The notes below the pieces were generated by a model. The model saw only the letters and a list, made by a program, of their open reading frames with translations. It was not told the DNA's origin and did not search any database. This document shows positions 8,926-17,929 of a stretch of DNA of 64,000 nucleotides, in pieces; position 1 is the stretch's first letter; every line of letters begins with the position of its first letter. Made by a program: the position numbers and the translations under genes. The stretch lies in NCBI GenBank assembly GCA_963725665.1, contig CAVRZA010000011.1, positions 64,001 to 128,000 on the forward strand, given 5' to 3'. The stretch comes from an uncultured Actinomycetes bacterium (GTDB lineage Bacteria > Actinomycetota > Thermoleophilia > UBA2241).

Positions 8926-11019
8926 ATGCGTCCCGCCTTCACAGAGCCGGTCGACCTCTACCGTGCGGCGCGCCGCCTCGGGCGACGCCCAGCACTGTTG
9001 GAGTCGCTCGGGCCCTCGGTGCCCTACGGCCGCCTGACCCTGCTGGGCACGCGCTGCGTGCGCGCGCTCGAGGTCTGGCACGGCGCGTTGTACGCCGACG
9101 GCCGCCGAGTCGGCGAGGCGCTCGAGGTGCTCGAGCGCCTCTCTGAGCGGCTCCGGAGTCGCGAGCAGCTCTTCCCGGCCTGGATCGGCTTCTTCGCCTA
9201 CGAGTTCGCCGGCCGCCTCGGGCTGCCGGCGGCGCAGCCGCTCGACGGGCTGCCCGAGGCGGCCTTCCGCCTCTACTCGGAGGGCTACGCCTGGATCGAC
9301 GGCGAGCCCGTGGCGGAGCCCGCCGGCGACGAGGAGCTCCGCCGCACGCTCGCTGTCGACGGCCGCGCTAGGCTGGCCGTCGACGGCCGCGCTACGCTGG
9401 CCGCCGACGGCCGCGCGCCCCTCCCCCCTCTGCCGCCCGTCGAGCTCGAGAGCGACTACCCGGCCGACGAGTTCATCGCCGGCGTGGACGACGTGCAGGA
9501 GCGCATCAGGGAGGGCTGGGTCTATCAGGTCAACCTCTCGCACCGCTTCCACTTCGCCGCTCGTTCGCTCGACCCGCTAGCCTGCTACGAGCGCCTGCGC
9601 GAGGCCAACCCGAGCCCCTTCATGGGGATCGTCGAAGGCGGCGGGCCCGCAGGCGCAGACGAGGCTTGCGGGGCTGCCCGAGACGACTGGGCCGTCGTCT
9701 CGGGCAGCCCCGAGCGGCTCTTCAACGTCGTCGACGGCGTCATGACGGCGCGGCCGATCGCGGGCACCCGCCCGCGCGGAGCCGCGCCCGACGAGGACGA
9801 AGCCTTCGAGGCGGAGCTGCGCGCCAGCCGCAAGGAGCAGGCCGAGCACGTGATGCTCGTCGACTTAGTGCGCAACGACCTCTCACGCGTCTGCGAAGCC
9901 GGCACGGTCGAGGTGAGCGAGGCCTTCACCGTCGAGCGCTACAGCCACGTGATGCACCTCGTCTCCGAGGTCAAGGGGCGCACCCGGGCCAGCTTCTCCG
10001 ACTGCGTGACGGCCGTCTTCCCCGGAGGCACAATCACCGGCGCGCCCAAGGAGAGCGTCATGCGCGAGATCGCGCGTCTCGAGCCGGTCTCCCGCGGCGC
10101 CTACACCGGCTCCCTGGGCTACGTCTCGGGGGCCGGTTGCGACTTCAACATCCTCATCCGCAGCTTCACCTTCGCCGGTGGTGTGGGCTACGTCTCGGGC
10201 GGCGGCGGCGACGTCATCGAGAGCGACGCCGCCGAGGAGTACCTCGAGACGCGACACAAGGTAGAGGCGCTGCTGCACGTGCTCGGGCGCGGGCGCGGGG
10301 GGCGCGAGCCGGCGCTGCCGGTCGTCGTGCGCTCCTGGCGCCCCCCGCGGCCGCGCGCCGCTTACGATGCCCACGTCCTCTTCGTCGAGTGCCACGACTC
10401 GTTCAGCTACAACATCGTCAACTACTTGCGCATGCTCGGCGCGCAGGTCACAGTGGTCGACCACGAGGAGGACCCGGCGCGCCACCTCGGAGTGCCGGCG
10501 AACGTAGAACTCGCAGCCGCGCGCGCGGCGACGTGCCCGGAGCATGTGCCCGGGTCGCCTGGGCCCGGTCCGACCCACGTCGTCATCGGCCCCGGCCCTG
10601 GCGACCCCCACACCTCAGGCCGTGTCCTCGACTGGCTCGCGGCCGTACTCGCCGAACGCATGCCCTTCCTCGGCGTCTGCCTCGGACACCAGGCGCTCGG
10701 CGTCGCCCTCGGGGCGGCCCTCGAACGAGCGCCCCGGCCCATCCACGGCGAGGACCATCCCGTGCGGCACGACGCCATCGGGATCTTCGCCGGACTTCCC
10801 GACCCGGCGCCGTTCACGCGCTACCACTCCCTGCACCTCGTCGACCTGCCGCCCGAGCTCGCCGCACGCGCGTACACGCCCGACGGGGTGTTGATGGCCG
10901 TCGAGCACCTGCGGCTGCCTGCCTGGGGCGTGCAGTTCCACCCCGAGAGCATGCTGAGCCCCTACGGCCTCGACCTGCTGGCGAACTTCCTCGAGCTGCG
11001 CGGTGAGAGGCCGGCGTGA
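8926..11019 (+). CDS. Fused chorismate-utilising synthase + glutamine amidotransferase (TrpE(G)/PabBA-like)
   Basis: LLES, YQVNLS, SPERL, PIAGT, EHVMLVDL.RNDL, PGGTITGAPK; C-terminal DSFSYN, GPGPG, GVCLGHQ, RYHS, QFHPES. Confidence 0.85.
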   Translation: MRPAFTEPVDLYRAARRLGRRPALLESLGPSVPYGRLTLLGTRCVRALEVWHGALYADGRRVGEALEVLERLSERLRSREQLFPAWIGFFAYEFAGRLGLPAAQPLDGLPEAAFRLYSEGYAWIDGEPVAEPAGDEELRRTLAVDGRARLAVDGRATLAADGRAPLPPLPPVELESDYPADEFIAGVDDVQERIREGWVYQVNLSHRFHFAARSLDPLACYERLREANPSPFMGIVEGGGPAGADEACGAARDDWAVVSGSPERLFNVVDGVMTARPIAGTRPRGAAPDEDEAFEAELRASRKEQAEHVMLVDLVRNDLSRVCEAGTVEVSEAFTVERYSHVMHLVSEVKGRTRASFSDCVTAVFPGGTITGAPKESVMREIARLEPVSRGAYTGSLGYVSGAGCDFNILIRSFTFAGGVGYVSGGGGDVIESDAAEEYLETRHKVEALLHVLGRGRGGREPALPVVVRSWRPPRPRAAYDAHVLFVECHDSFSYNIVNYLRMLGAQVTVVDHEEDPARHLGVPANVELAAARAATCPEHVPGSPGPGPTHVVIGPGPGDPHTSGRVLDWLAAVLAERMPFLGVCLGHQALGVALGAALERAPRPIHGEDHPVRHDAIGIFAGLPDPAPFTRYHSLHLVDLPPELAARAYTPDGVLMAVEHLRLPAWGVQFHPESMLSPYGLDLLANFLELRGERPA
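9346..9417 (+). repeat. 3 x 24-bp in-frame tandem repeat (xLAxDGRA)
   Basis: acgctcgctgtcgacggccgcgct / aggctggccgtcgacggccgcgct / acgctggccgccgacggccgcgcg. Confidence 0.85.
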
Positions 11020-11714
11020 AGAGGCGCGTCGTCCTCCTCACCCTCCTTTTGGGCGCCCCGTTCGCCCTCTTCCTCGCTCTCGCCGAGGACGTCGCCGAAC
11101 AGCAGGTGTTCGCCTGGGACACGGACATCCTGCGCTGGGCCGCCGATCACCGCACGCCTTCCTTGGACCGGCTCATGCAGGTGATCACCGACCTGGGCGC
11201 GACGCTCACGCTCACCGGGGCGGCCCTCGCACTCACGGCACTTCTCCTCTTCAAGCGCCTGCACCGGGAGGCGCTGTTCGTCGTCCTCTCCGTTGGTGGG
11301 GCGGCCGTCCTGAACGTGCTGCTCAAGCAGTTGTTTCAGCGTCCGCGGCCCGACATCGTCACCCCGGTCGTCAGTGCACACGGCTTCGCCTTTCCCAGCG
11401 GGCACACGATGAGCTCGATGGCTCTCGCCTGCGCCGTGACGCTCCTCTGCTGGCGCGCTCGCTGGCGCTACCGCTGGCCGGTCTCGGCGGGGGCGCTCGC
11501 CTTCGCCTTGCTCGTCGGCGCCTCGCGCGTCTACCTTGGCGTCCACTATCCCTCCGACGTGCTCGCCGGCTGGCTCGTCTCGCTCGACCTTGTGGGCGTC
11601 GTCTACCTACTCCTCTTTCACGTCGGTCAGGCAGAACGTCCTGCAGGAGAGCGAACCACCGCTTTCGAACCACTAGCTACGACCCCGGGAGGAGACCATG
11701 GCGACCAAGCTTGA
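11016..11714 (+). CDS. PAP2-family membrane phosphatase
   Basis: K..F.RPRP, FPSGH, SRVYLGVHYPSDV. Confidence 0.9.
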   Translation: MKRRVVLLTLLLGAPFALFLALAEDVAEQQVFAWDTDILRWAADHRTPSLDRLMQVITDLGATLTLTGAALALTALLLFKRLHREALFVVLSVGGAAVLNVLLKQLFQRPRPDIVTPVVSAHGFAFPSGHTMSSMALACAVTLLCWRARWRYRWPVSAGALAFALLVGASRVYLGVHYPSDVLAGWLVSLDLVGVVYLLLFHVGQAERPAGERTTAFEPLATTPGGDHGDQA

Positions 11715-12333
11715 CCTGAGCAAGCAGTTCAAGGAGCTCTACTTCCCGCCCAAGACGCCCGTGCTCGTCGAGGTGCCGCCGCTCGACTTCCTCGTCGTCG
11801 ACGGTCGCGGGCATCCCGAGGGCGGTTCATTTCAGGAGGCGCTGCAGGCCCTCTACAGCGCCGCCTACACGCTCAAGTTCTCAGTCAAAGGCAGCGACCC
11901 GGCGCTCGACTGGAAGGTCATGCCTCTCGAGGCGCTGTGGTGGGTCGAGGGGGTCGAGCACCTCGGCCTGCAGGCCGTCGACGAGAGCCGTAAGGAGGAC
12001 TGGGAATGGCGGGCCATGATCGCCCAGCCCGACTACATCACGGCCGCGATGCTCGACGGCGCCCGTGAGGAGCTCAAACGCAAGAAGAAGGACGCGCCGC
12101 GCTTGGCCGACGTGCATCTGCAGCGCATCGACGAAGGTCGCTGCGCTCAGGTCATGCACATCGGCCCCTACGACGCCGAACGCCCGACGATCGAGGCCCT
12201 GCACGCCTTCATCGAGGAGCAGGGCATGCGCGTCGCCGGACGCCACCACGAAATCTACCTCGGCGACCCGCGCCGGACGACGCCGGAGAAGCTGCGCACG
12301 GTCATCAGGTATGCGGTCGCGCCAGCCGACTAA
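11698..12333 (+). CDS. GyrI-like small-molecule-binding domain protein
   Basis: PLEALWW, W..MI.QP, HIGPYD.E, HHEIYLGDPR; GGAGGAG SD. Confidence 0.85.
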   Translation: MATKLDLSKQFKELYFPPKTPVLVEVPPLDFLVVDGRGHPEGGSFQEALQALYSAAYTLKFSVKGSDPALDWKVMPLEALWWVEGVEHLGLQAVDESRKEDWEWRAMIAQPDYITAAMLDGAREELKRKKKDAPRLADVHLQRIDEGRCAQVMHIGPYDAERPTIEALHAFIEEQGMRVAGRHHEIYLGDPRRTTPEKLRTVIRYAVAPAD

Positions 12334-12483
12334 GAAGCGCAGCACGCGTCATTCGACGAGCATGGGCCAGCCCCGGGCGAGAAGGGGCGAACGTCGGTCG
12401 GTCAAGCCCGCGGGCGACTCCTCCGACGATACCCTCTATAATCGGTGTCCGCGCACAGCGGAACGGCAATACCCCGGAGGAGC

Positions 12484-13416
12484 ATGGGGACGCACCCTGC
12501 CAGACACGAAGCCCACCACGCAGGCCATCTGCTTGCCGTAGCGTTGCTGGTGTCGGCAACGCTTTGCCTGTCGTTGCTGGTGTTCGCCGGCAGCGCGCTG
12601 GCGGCGCCTTCGGCCTCGCAGATCGACGCCTACTTCTTCTCCAAGGGCTCGCCGCTGAGCGGCAGCGGGCAGGCGTTCTACGAGGCCGGCAGGGCGTACG
12701 GGATCGATCCGGCCTTCCTCGTCGCCATCACCGGCGCCGAGAGCAGCTTCGGCGCGCTCCTCTACCACTCGGGGACCGAATACGCGACCTACAACGCCTG
12801 GAACTGGTTCTACGCCGACCCGCGCTACGCGAGTGACTTCGCCTCCTGGAGCGACGGGGTGATACGGGTGGCGCAGGGTCTGTCGGGGACCCTCTACTAC
12901 GGCGCCGGTCGCTACGGGGTGCTCGACATCGCGCCCGTCTACTGCCCCGAAGGCACGCAGGATTGGATCAACAACGTCACCTTCTTCATGCTAGAGCTCG
13001 GGGCCAATCCGTCGGACACGCGCTGGTCTGGGACGGGCGCGGCGGCGTCCGGCGCCGCCGCGCCCGTCCCAGACCTGCCGACGCTGGCCCTCGACGGCAA
13101 GGTGCTCGTCGACGCGCCACGTTACTCGGACGGAGTGCTGCGCGCCACGTTCGCCGTGCGTAACGTGGGCAAACAGGCCGGAGGCTGGGAGTCGGTCACG
13201 CTGGTGCTACGGCGACAAGGCAGCAAGCGCGAGGTCAACGTCGGTCCGGCGACGGCGCTCATCCTCGCCGCCGACACGGGGACGACCTACGCCGTGACGA
13301 GCAGCTTCCCGTCGGCGGGCACGTGGAGGGGCACCATCTGGGTCAAGAGCGGAGGCCGCTGGTGGGTCCTCGCCACGGACCCGGCCTTCGAGGTCACCGT
13401 CGCCGCACGCGGCTAG
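12484..13416 (+). CDS. Secreted lysozyme-like/glucosaminidase-domain protein with C-terminal beta-rich domain
   Basis: Signal peptide (..SALA); SPLSG.G..F..AG..YGIDP.FLVAI..AESSFG, YNAWNW; TATAAT and GGAGGAG upstream. Confidence 0.65.
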   Translation: MGTHPARHEAHHAGHLLAVALLVSATLCLSLLVFAGSALAAPSASQIDAYFFSKGSPLSGSGQAFYEAGRAYGIDPAFLVAITGAESSFGALLYHSGTEYATYNAWNWFYADPRYASDFASWSDGVIRVAQGLSGTLYYGAGRYGVLDIAPVYCPEGTQDWINNVTFFMLELGANPSDTRWSGTGAAASGAAAPVPDLPTLALDGKVLVDAPRYSDGVLRATFAVRNVGKQAGGWESVTLVLRRQGSKREVNVGPATALILAADTGTTYAVTSSFPSAGTWRGTIWVKSGGRWWVLATDPAFEVTVAARG

Positions 13417-13476
13417 CACCATCCGCCAGGCGAGCGACTCGCCGCGCTCGGCCTCCGGCGGTCGCCGCGGCGAGCT

Positions 13477-13719
13477 TCAGGAACCCTGGTGGGTCGAGTC
13501 GCGCAGCAGCCGCTCGGTGAGCTGCTTGTGCTCCTCGGGTGTGAGCGATCCCAGTACGGTGCTGAAGGTCCCGTTCACCATGCGCTCGGCGAAGTTGACG
13601 CGTTCGGCCGGCGTCATGCGCTGGAGCATGACCTCCAGGGTGTGCGTCAAGACCTGTTCGACCTCGGCGGGGTGCATGGTGCGCGCGGCCGTACCGGCGA
13701 TGTTCTTCAACAGCGACAT
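13477..13719 (-). CDS. Hypothetical small helical protein (80 aa)
   Basis: AAGGA SD, GC3-biased codons, repeated (M/L)TP.E helix starts. Confidence 0.6.
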   Translation of the reverse strand: MSLLKNIAGTAARTMHPAEVEQVLTHTLEVMLQRMTPAERVNFAERMVNGTFSTVLGSLTPEEHKQLTERLLRDSTHQGS

Positions 13720-13774
13720 CTCGTCCTTATCTTCGTCGTTGCGACGCCCGCGCCTGCACCGCTAGGCTGTGAGC

Positions 13775-14500
13775 ATGCTCACCGCAGTCACCTTCGACCT
13801 CTGGGACACGCTGGTGACCGACCGCGATCTCCTCGATCGGATGGCCCTGCGGGCCACGCGTCTGCGCGACGTGCTGGCGCCGCTTGGAGTGTACCCCGGC
13901 GACGAAGAGCTAGAGCGCGCGTTCGGGGAGTCGTGGAGGAACTTTGACCGCGTCTGGACGAGCGAGCACCGCACGCCGAGCACGGCCGAGTCGACCGACG
14001 TCGTGCTCGCCGAGCTCGGCGTCGACGCCTCGGCGGCCACAAGGGCGACGATAACGCGCGTGATGGAGGACCTCGTCATCGAGGTGCCGCCGGTGCCGGT
14101 CGAGGGCGCCGCCGAGGTGCTCGCCGAGCTCGGGGGTAGCTACCGCATCGGTCTGGTGTCCGACACCGGGCTGTCGCCGGGGCGCGCCCTGCGCTGCGTG
14201 CTCGAAAGCCTTGGGCTCCTCAAACACTTCACGTTCCTCTACTTCTCCGACGAGGGGGGCATGAGCAAGCCCGACCCGCGGGTCTTCGCCCTCGTGCTCG
14301 AGAGGCTCGGCGCACGGCCGCCGCAAGCCGCCCACGTCGGCGACATCCTGCGCACCGACATCGTGGGCGCCCAGCAGGCGGGCATGCACGCCGTCCACTT
14401 CGTCGGCGTGAACGCCAGCGACGCCGGCTGGTCGACCGCCGACCGGGTGATAGAACGCCTAAGCGAACTGCCGCGGGCGCTCGCCGAACTGCCGCAGTGA
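13775..14500 (+). CDS. HAD-superfamily hydrolase
   Basis: FDLWDTL, VSDT, KPDPRVF, HVGD..TDIVGA; TAGGCT -10 box 6 nt before ATG. Confidence 0.85.
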   Translation: MLTAVTFDLWDTLVTDRDLLDRMALRATRLRDVLAPLGVYPGDEELERAFGESWRNFDRVWTSEHRTPSTAESTDVVLAELGVDASAATRATITRVMEDLVIEVPPVPVEGAAEVLAELGGSYRIGLVSDTGLSPGRALRCVLESLGLLKHFTFLYFSDEGGMSKPDPRVFALVLERLGARPPQAAHVGDILRTDIVGAQQAGMHAVHFVGVNASDAGWSTADRVIERLSELPRALAELPQ

Positions 14501-14507
14501 GAGCGAC

Positions 14508-15116
14508 GTGCCGGAGGCGCACACCGGGATGAACGACCAGACGGCCAATGCGCGGGCGGGGAGGACCGACCAGACGGTCGGGACTCTTCTCGCGCCTTGG
14601 ATCGCCCGCGCCGCCGACCTGGGCGCCGAGGCGCGGCGCATCGATCCGTGCGTGGTGGCGACGGCCGAATGGGTGCGCATGAAGTGCCGCTACGGCTGCC
14701 CCGACTACGGTACGAGCTTTGCCTGCCCGCCCTCCTCGCCCACACCCTCGGAGACGCGGCGGCTGCTCGACGAGTACGCGGCGGCTCTGCTGCTGCGCGT
14801 CGCCGTCGATCCCGGCGGCGACGCGGCCGAGCAGAGCCGCCGCCTCTCTCGCATCGCCCTCACGCTCGAACGCGAGCTCTTCCTCGACGGCTTCTACCAG
14901 GCCTTCGCAATCATCGCCGGCGGCTTCTGCACGCCCTGTGACACGCGGGAGTGTCTTGCGGCCGGGCGTTGTCTGTACCCCGACCATGCCCGGCCCTCGA
15001 TCGCCGCCAGCGGCATCGACGTGTTCGCCACGTCCGCGGCCGCCGGCTGGCCCCTGCGCATCGTGCGCGACGGCGACGATCCCTACCGCCTCTTCGCCCT
15101 CGTCCTCGTCCGGTGA
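14508..15116 (+). CDS. DUF2284-like predicted metal-binding protein (copy 1)
   Basis: WVRMKCRYGC, CPP, LERELF, CTPC..C, ARPS..A.GIDVF.T. Confidence 0.8.
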   Translation: MPEAHTGMNDQTANARAGRTDQTVGTLLAPWIARAADLGAEARRIDPCVVATAEWVRMKCRYGCPDYGTSFACPPSSPTPSETRRLLDEYAAALLLRVAVDPGGDAAEQSRRLSRIALTLERELFLDGFYQAFAIIAGGFCTPCDTRECLAAGRCLYPDHARPSIAASGIDVFATSAAAGWPLRIVRDGDDPYRLFALVLVR

Positions 15117-15135
15117 GCGAGCAAAGGAGTCCCCG

Positions 15136-15765
15136 ATGGCAGTGAGCGACGCTTCAGTTCCAGAGGCCTCCGGACTTCCGCCGGCCACAGCGTCCTCGAC
15201 GCCCCCCACGGCTTCCCCGCCCTCCGAGGCCCCCGACCTCGGACCCTGGATCGACCGCGCCCTGGCGCTCGGGTGCGATCGGGCCCAGGTCATCGACCCG
15301 AAGAACGTGGTCGTCGCGCACTGGGTACGCATGAAGTGCCTGTACGGCTGCGACGAGCCAGGCGTCTACAGGACGTGTCCTCCCGACGGGGCGCCGGCCC
15401 TCGACGACACACGCCGTGTGCTGCAGGAGTTCGGGCGGGCGATCCTCGTGGGCGTCGGCCCGATCGTCGGCGATGAGCGCTCCGCGCCCGAGTCGCGACG
15501 GCTCAACAGCGCCGCGGTGGCGCTCGAGCGCGAGCTCTTCCTCGCCGGGTTCCACAAGGCGTGGACCATGGGCTCCGGGCCCTGCGACATCTGCGCCGCG
15601 TGCTCGCAGGGCGAGCCCTGCCCGACCCCGGAGCTTGCCCGTCCCTCGATGGAGGGCTGCGGCGTCGACGTCTTCACGACCGTTCGCAAGGCCGGCTGGG
15701 AGATCGACGTCGTCAAGACGCGCGAGGATCAGTTCCGCTTCTTCGCCCTCGTCTTGGTCGACTAA
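15136..15765 (+). CDS. DUF2284-like predicted metal-binding protein (copy 2)
   Basis: WVRMKCLYGC, CPP, LERELF, CDICAAC, ARPSMEGCGVDVFTT; AAGGAG SD. Confidence 0.8.
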   Translation: MAVSDASVPEASGLPPATASSTPPTASPPSEAPDLGPWIDRALALGCDRAQVIDPKNVVVAHWVRMKCLYGCDEPGVYRTCPPDGAPALDDTRRVLQEFGRAILVGVGPIVGDERSAPESRRLNSAAVALERELFLAGFHKAWTMGSGPCDICAACSQGEPCPTPELARPSMEGCGVDVFTTVRKAGWEIDVVKTREDQFRFFALVLVD

Positions 15766-15813
15766 CGACGGCAACCGAAGCTGCGACGCGCAGCACGTGA
15801 GGAGGACTGACTG

Positions 15814-16365
15814 GTGATCGAGGCGCTGCTGGTCGACTGGGGCGGGACACTGATGGCGGACCTGCCCGGCCACGACGACCTGCCGATGGCCCAGTGGCCG
15901 CGGGTCGAGAAGATGCCCCGCGCGGACGAGGCGCTGTCTCGCGTGAAGGAGCGACTGCCCGTCTACGTGGCCTCGAACACCGATCTCTCCGACGGACCCC
16001 TGGTGCTCGCCGCCCTCGAGCGCGTCGGCCTCGCCGATCTGATCGACGGCGTGTTCGCCTCGCTCGACCTCGGCGTCGCCAAACCCGAGGCCGCGTTCTT
16101 CGACGCCGTGCTCGACACGCTCGGCCTGCTCCCCAACCAGGCCGTCATGGTCGGCGACACCTACGAGAACGACATCGTCGGCGCCAAACATGTCGGCCTG
16201 TGGTCGGTCTGGTACAACCCCGGCGGCGACGGCTGCCCGGTGAGCGAGCCCCTGCACGACGTCGAGATCGCCGACCTGCGGGAGCTGCCGGCGGCGATCG
16301 ACGAGGTCGCGGGGCTCGCCGAGCGCATGAGCCCGCGGCCCTGGCGCAGGCTGCTGCGCGAGTAG
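15814..16365 (+). CDS. HAD-superfamily hydrolase
   Basis: VDWGGTL, ASNT, KPEAAFF, MVGD..ENDIVGA. Confidence 0.85.
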   Translation: MIEALLVDWGGTLMADLPGHDDLPMAQWPRVEKMPRADEALSRVKERLPVYVASNTDLSDGPLVLAALERVGLADLIDGVFASLDLGVAKPEAAFFDAVLDTLGLLPNQAVMVGDTYENDIVGAKHVGLWSVWYNPGGDGCPVSEPLHDVEIADLRELPAAIDEVAGLAERMSPRPWRRLLRE

Positions 16366-16380
16366 GCAGGCGGGCGAGCG

Positions 16381-17844
16381 CTAGTCGATGAAGGCGGCCG
16401 CGGTCGCCAGGCGGCCGGCCGCCTCGTCGCGGCCCAGCACGACGAGCGACTCGAAGAGACCCGGCGTGACGCTCTGGCCGCTCATCCCCAGCCTGAGCGC
16501 GGCGAAGACCGCCTTGGGCTTCACGCCGAGCTGTTCGGGCAGCGCGCGCACCGCGGCCTCGACGTGCTCGACGTCGAACGGCTCGACCTGCGCCAGCGCC
16601 ACCGCGGCGCTCTCGAGGGTCTGTTTCGCCGAGGCCGTCGAGGCCAGCCGTGCGCGCGCCTCGTCCGAGAAGGCAAGCGGCCGGAAGAAGAACCCGGCGA
16701 TGCCTGGGAACTGCGAGAGCAGCTCGATCTTCTCCTGCACCAGGGGCGCGAGCTCTTGCACGAGATGGCGGTCCTCGTCGCCGGGCACTCCGTCCTCGAA
16801 GAAGCCGGTGCGCGCCAGATAGGCGAGCAACGCCTCGGCCAACGCTTCGGGCCGCATCTCGCGGATGAAGCGTCCGTTCATCCAGCGCAGCTTCTCGGGA
16901 TCGAAGATGGTAGCGCTCGTGTTGAGCCGCTCGAGGTCGAAGTGCGCCACGAGGTCGTCTGGCGTCCAGGCGATCATCGTCTCGTCGAACTCTGAGCTCA
17001 GAAGAACCAGGTAGTTGCGCACCACCTCGGGCAGCAGGCCCTCGGCGGTGAGCTCCTCGACCGTGGTCGCGCCGTGGCGCTTGGAGAGCTTCTTGCGGTC
17101 GGTGCCGAAGAGCAGCGGGATGTGCAGGAAGCGCGGCGCCGGCTCGCCGAGCGCCTCGTAGATGAGGACCTGCTTCGGCGTGTTCGAGAGATGATCGTCG
17201 CCGCGGATCACGTGGCTGATGGCCATGGTGACGTCGTCGATCACGACGGCGAAGTTGTAGGTGAAGGTGCCGTCGCTGCGGCGGACGATGAAGTCGCCGA
17301 TCGTCTCGTTGGCGAACTCGACCGGCGCCCGCAGCATGTCGTCGACCGCGGTCACGCCGGGCGGCACCCGGAAGCGCGTGGCCGCCGGCTCGCCGGCGGC
17401 CACGCGCTTCTCGACCTCGTCGATCGACAGGCCGCGGCAGCGTCCGCTGTAGACCCAGGCGCGCTTCTCGGCGACGGCGGTCGCACGCTCGGCCTCGAGC
17501 TCCTGCGGCGTGCAGAAGCAGGTGTAGGCGCGGCCACTCTCCTCGAGGCGGCGCAGGTAGTCCTCATAGAGCGACTGGCGCTGCGTCTGCCGGTAGGGCC
17601 CGTAGGGTCCTCCGACGTCGGGCCCCTCGTCCCAGTCGAGCCCCAGCTCGTGCAGCGAGTCGACGATCTGCCGGATGGCCTCGTCGGTCGAGCGAGTCGG
17701 GTCGGTGTCCTCGATGCGCAGCACGAAGTCGCCCTGATGGCGGCGGGCGTAGATCCAGTTGTAGAGGGCCGTGCGCGCGCCGCCCAGGTGCAAGAAGCCG
17801 GTCGGGGAGGGCGCGAAGCGGACGCGGACGCGTTCTGGGGTCAT
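16381..17844 (-). CDS. gltX: Glutamate--tRNA ligase
   Basis: RFAPSPTG.LHLGG, LRIEDTD, HVIRGDDH, KLSKR, C-terminal anticodon domain; TATCAT -10 box 6 nt before ATG. Confidence 0.95.
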   Translation of the reverse strand: MTPERVRVRFAPSPTGFLHLGGARTALYNWIYARRHQGDFVLRIEDTDPTRSTDEAIRQIVDSLHELGLDWDEGPDVGGPYGPYRQTQRQSLYEDYLRRLEESGRAYTCFCTPQELEAERATAVAEKRAWVYSGRCRGLSIDEVEKRVAAGEPAATRFRVPPGVTAVDDMLRAPVEFANETIGDFIVRRSDGTFTYNFAVVIDDVTMAISHVIRGDDHLSNTPKQVLIYEALGEPAPRFLHIPLLFGTDRKKLSKRHGATTVEELTAEGLLPEVVRNYLVLLSSEFDETMIAWTPDDLVAHFDLERLNTSATIFDPEKLRWMNGRFIREMRPEALAEALLAYLARTGFFEDGVPGDEDRHLVQELAPLVQEKIELLSQFPGIAGFFFRPLAFSDEARARLASTASAKQTLESAAVALAQVEPFDVEHVEAAVRALPEQLGVKPKAVFAALRLGMSGQSVTPGLFESLVVLGRDEAAGRLATAAAFID

Positions 17845-17929
17845 GGGCCTATGATACCCCGCCGGCGAGCGGCGGCGACGCTCGCGACCCAGGCGACGAT
17901 CGCGCTCGGGGCACGCAGCGGAGCCCGAC

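Noticed and set aside
5168-9417. 24-bp periodic repeats as a CRISPR array
   Set aside because: In-frame coding tandem repeats without spacers; no cas genes.
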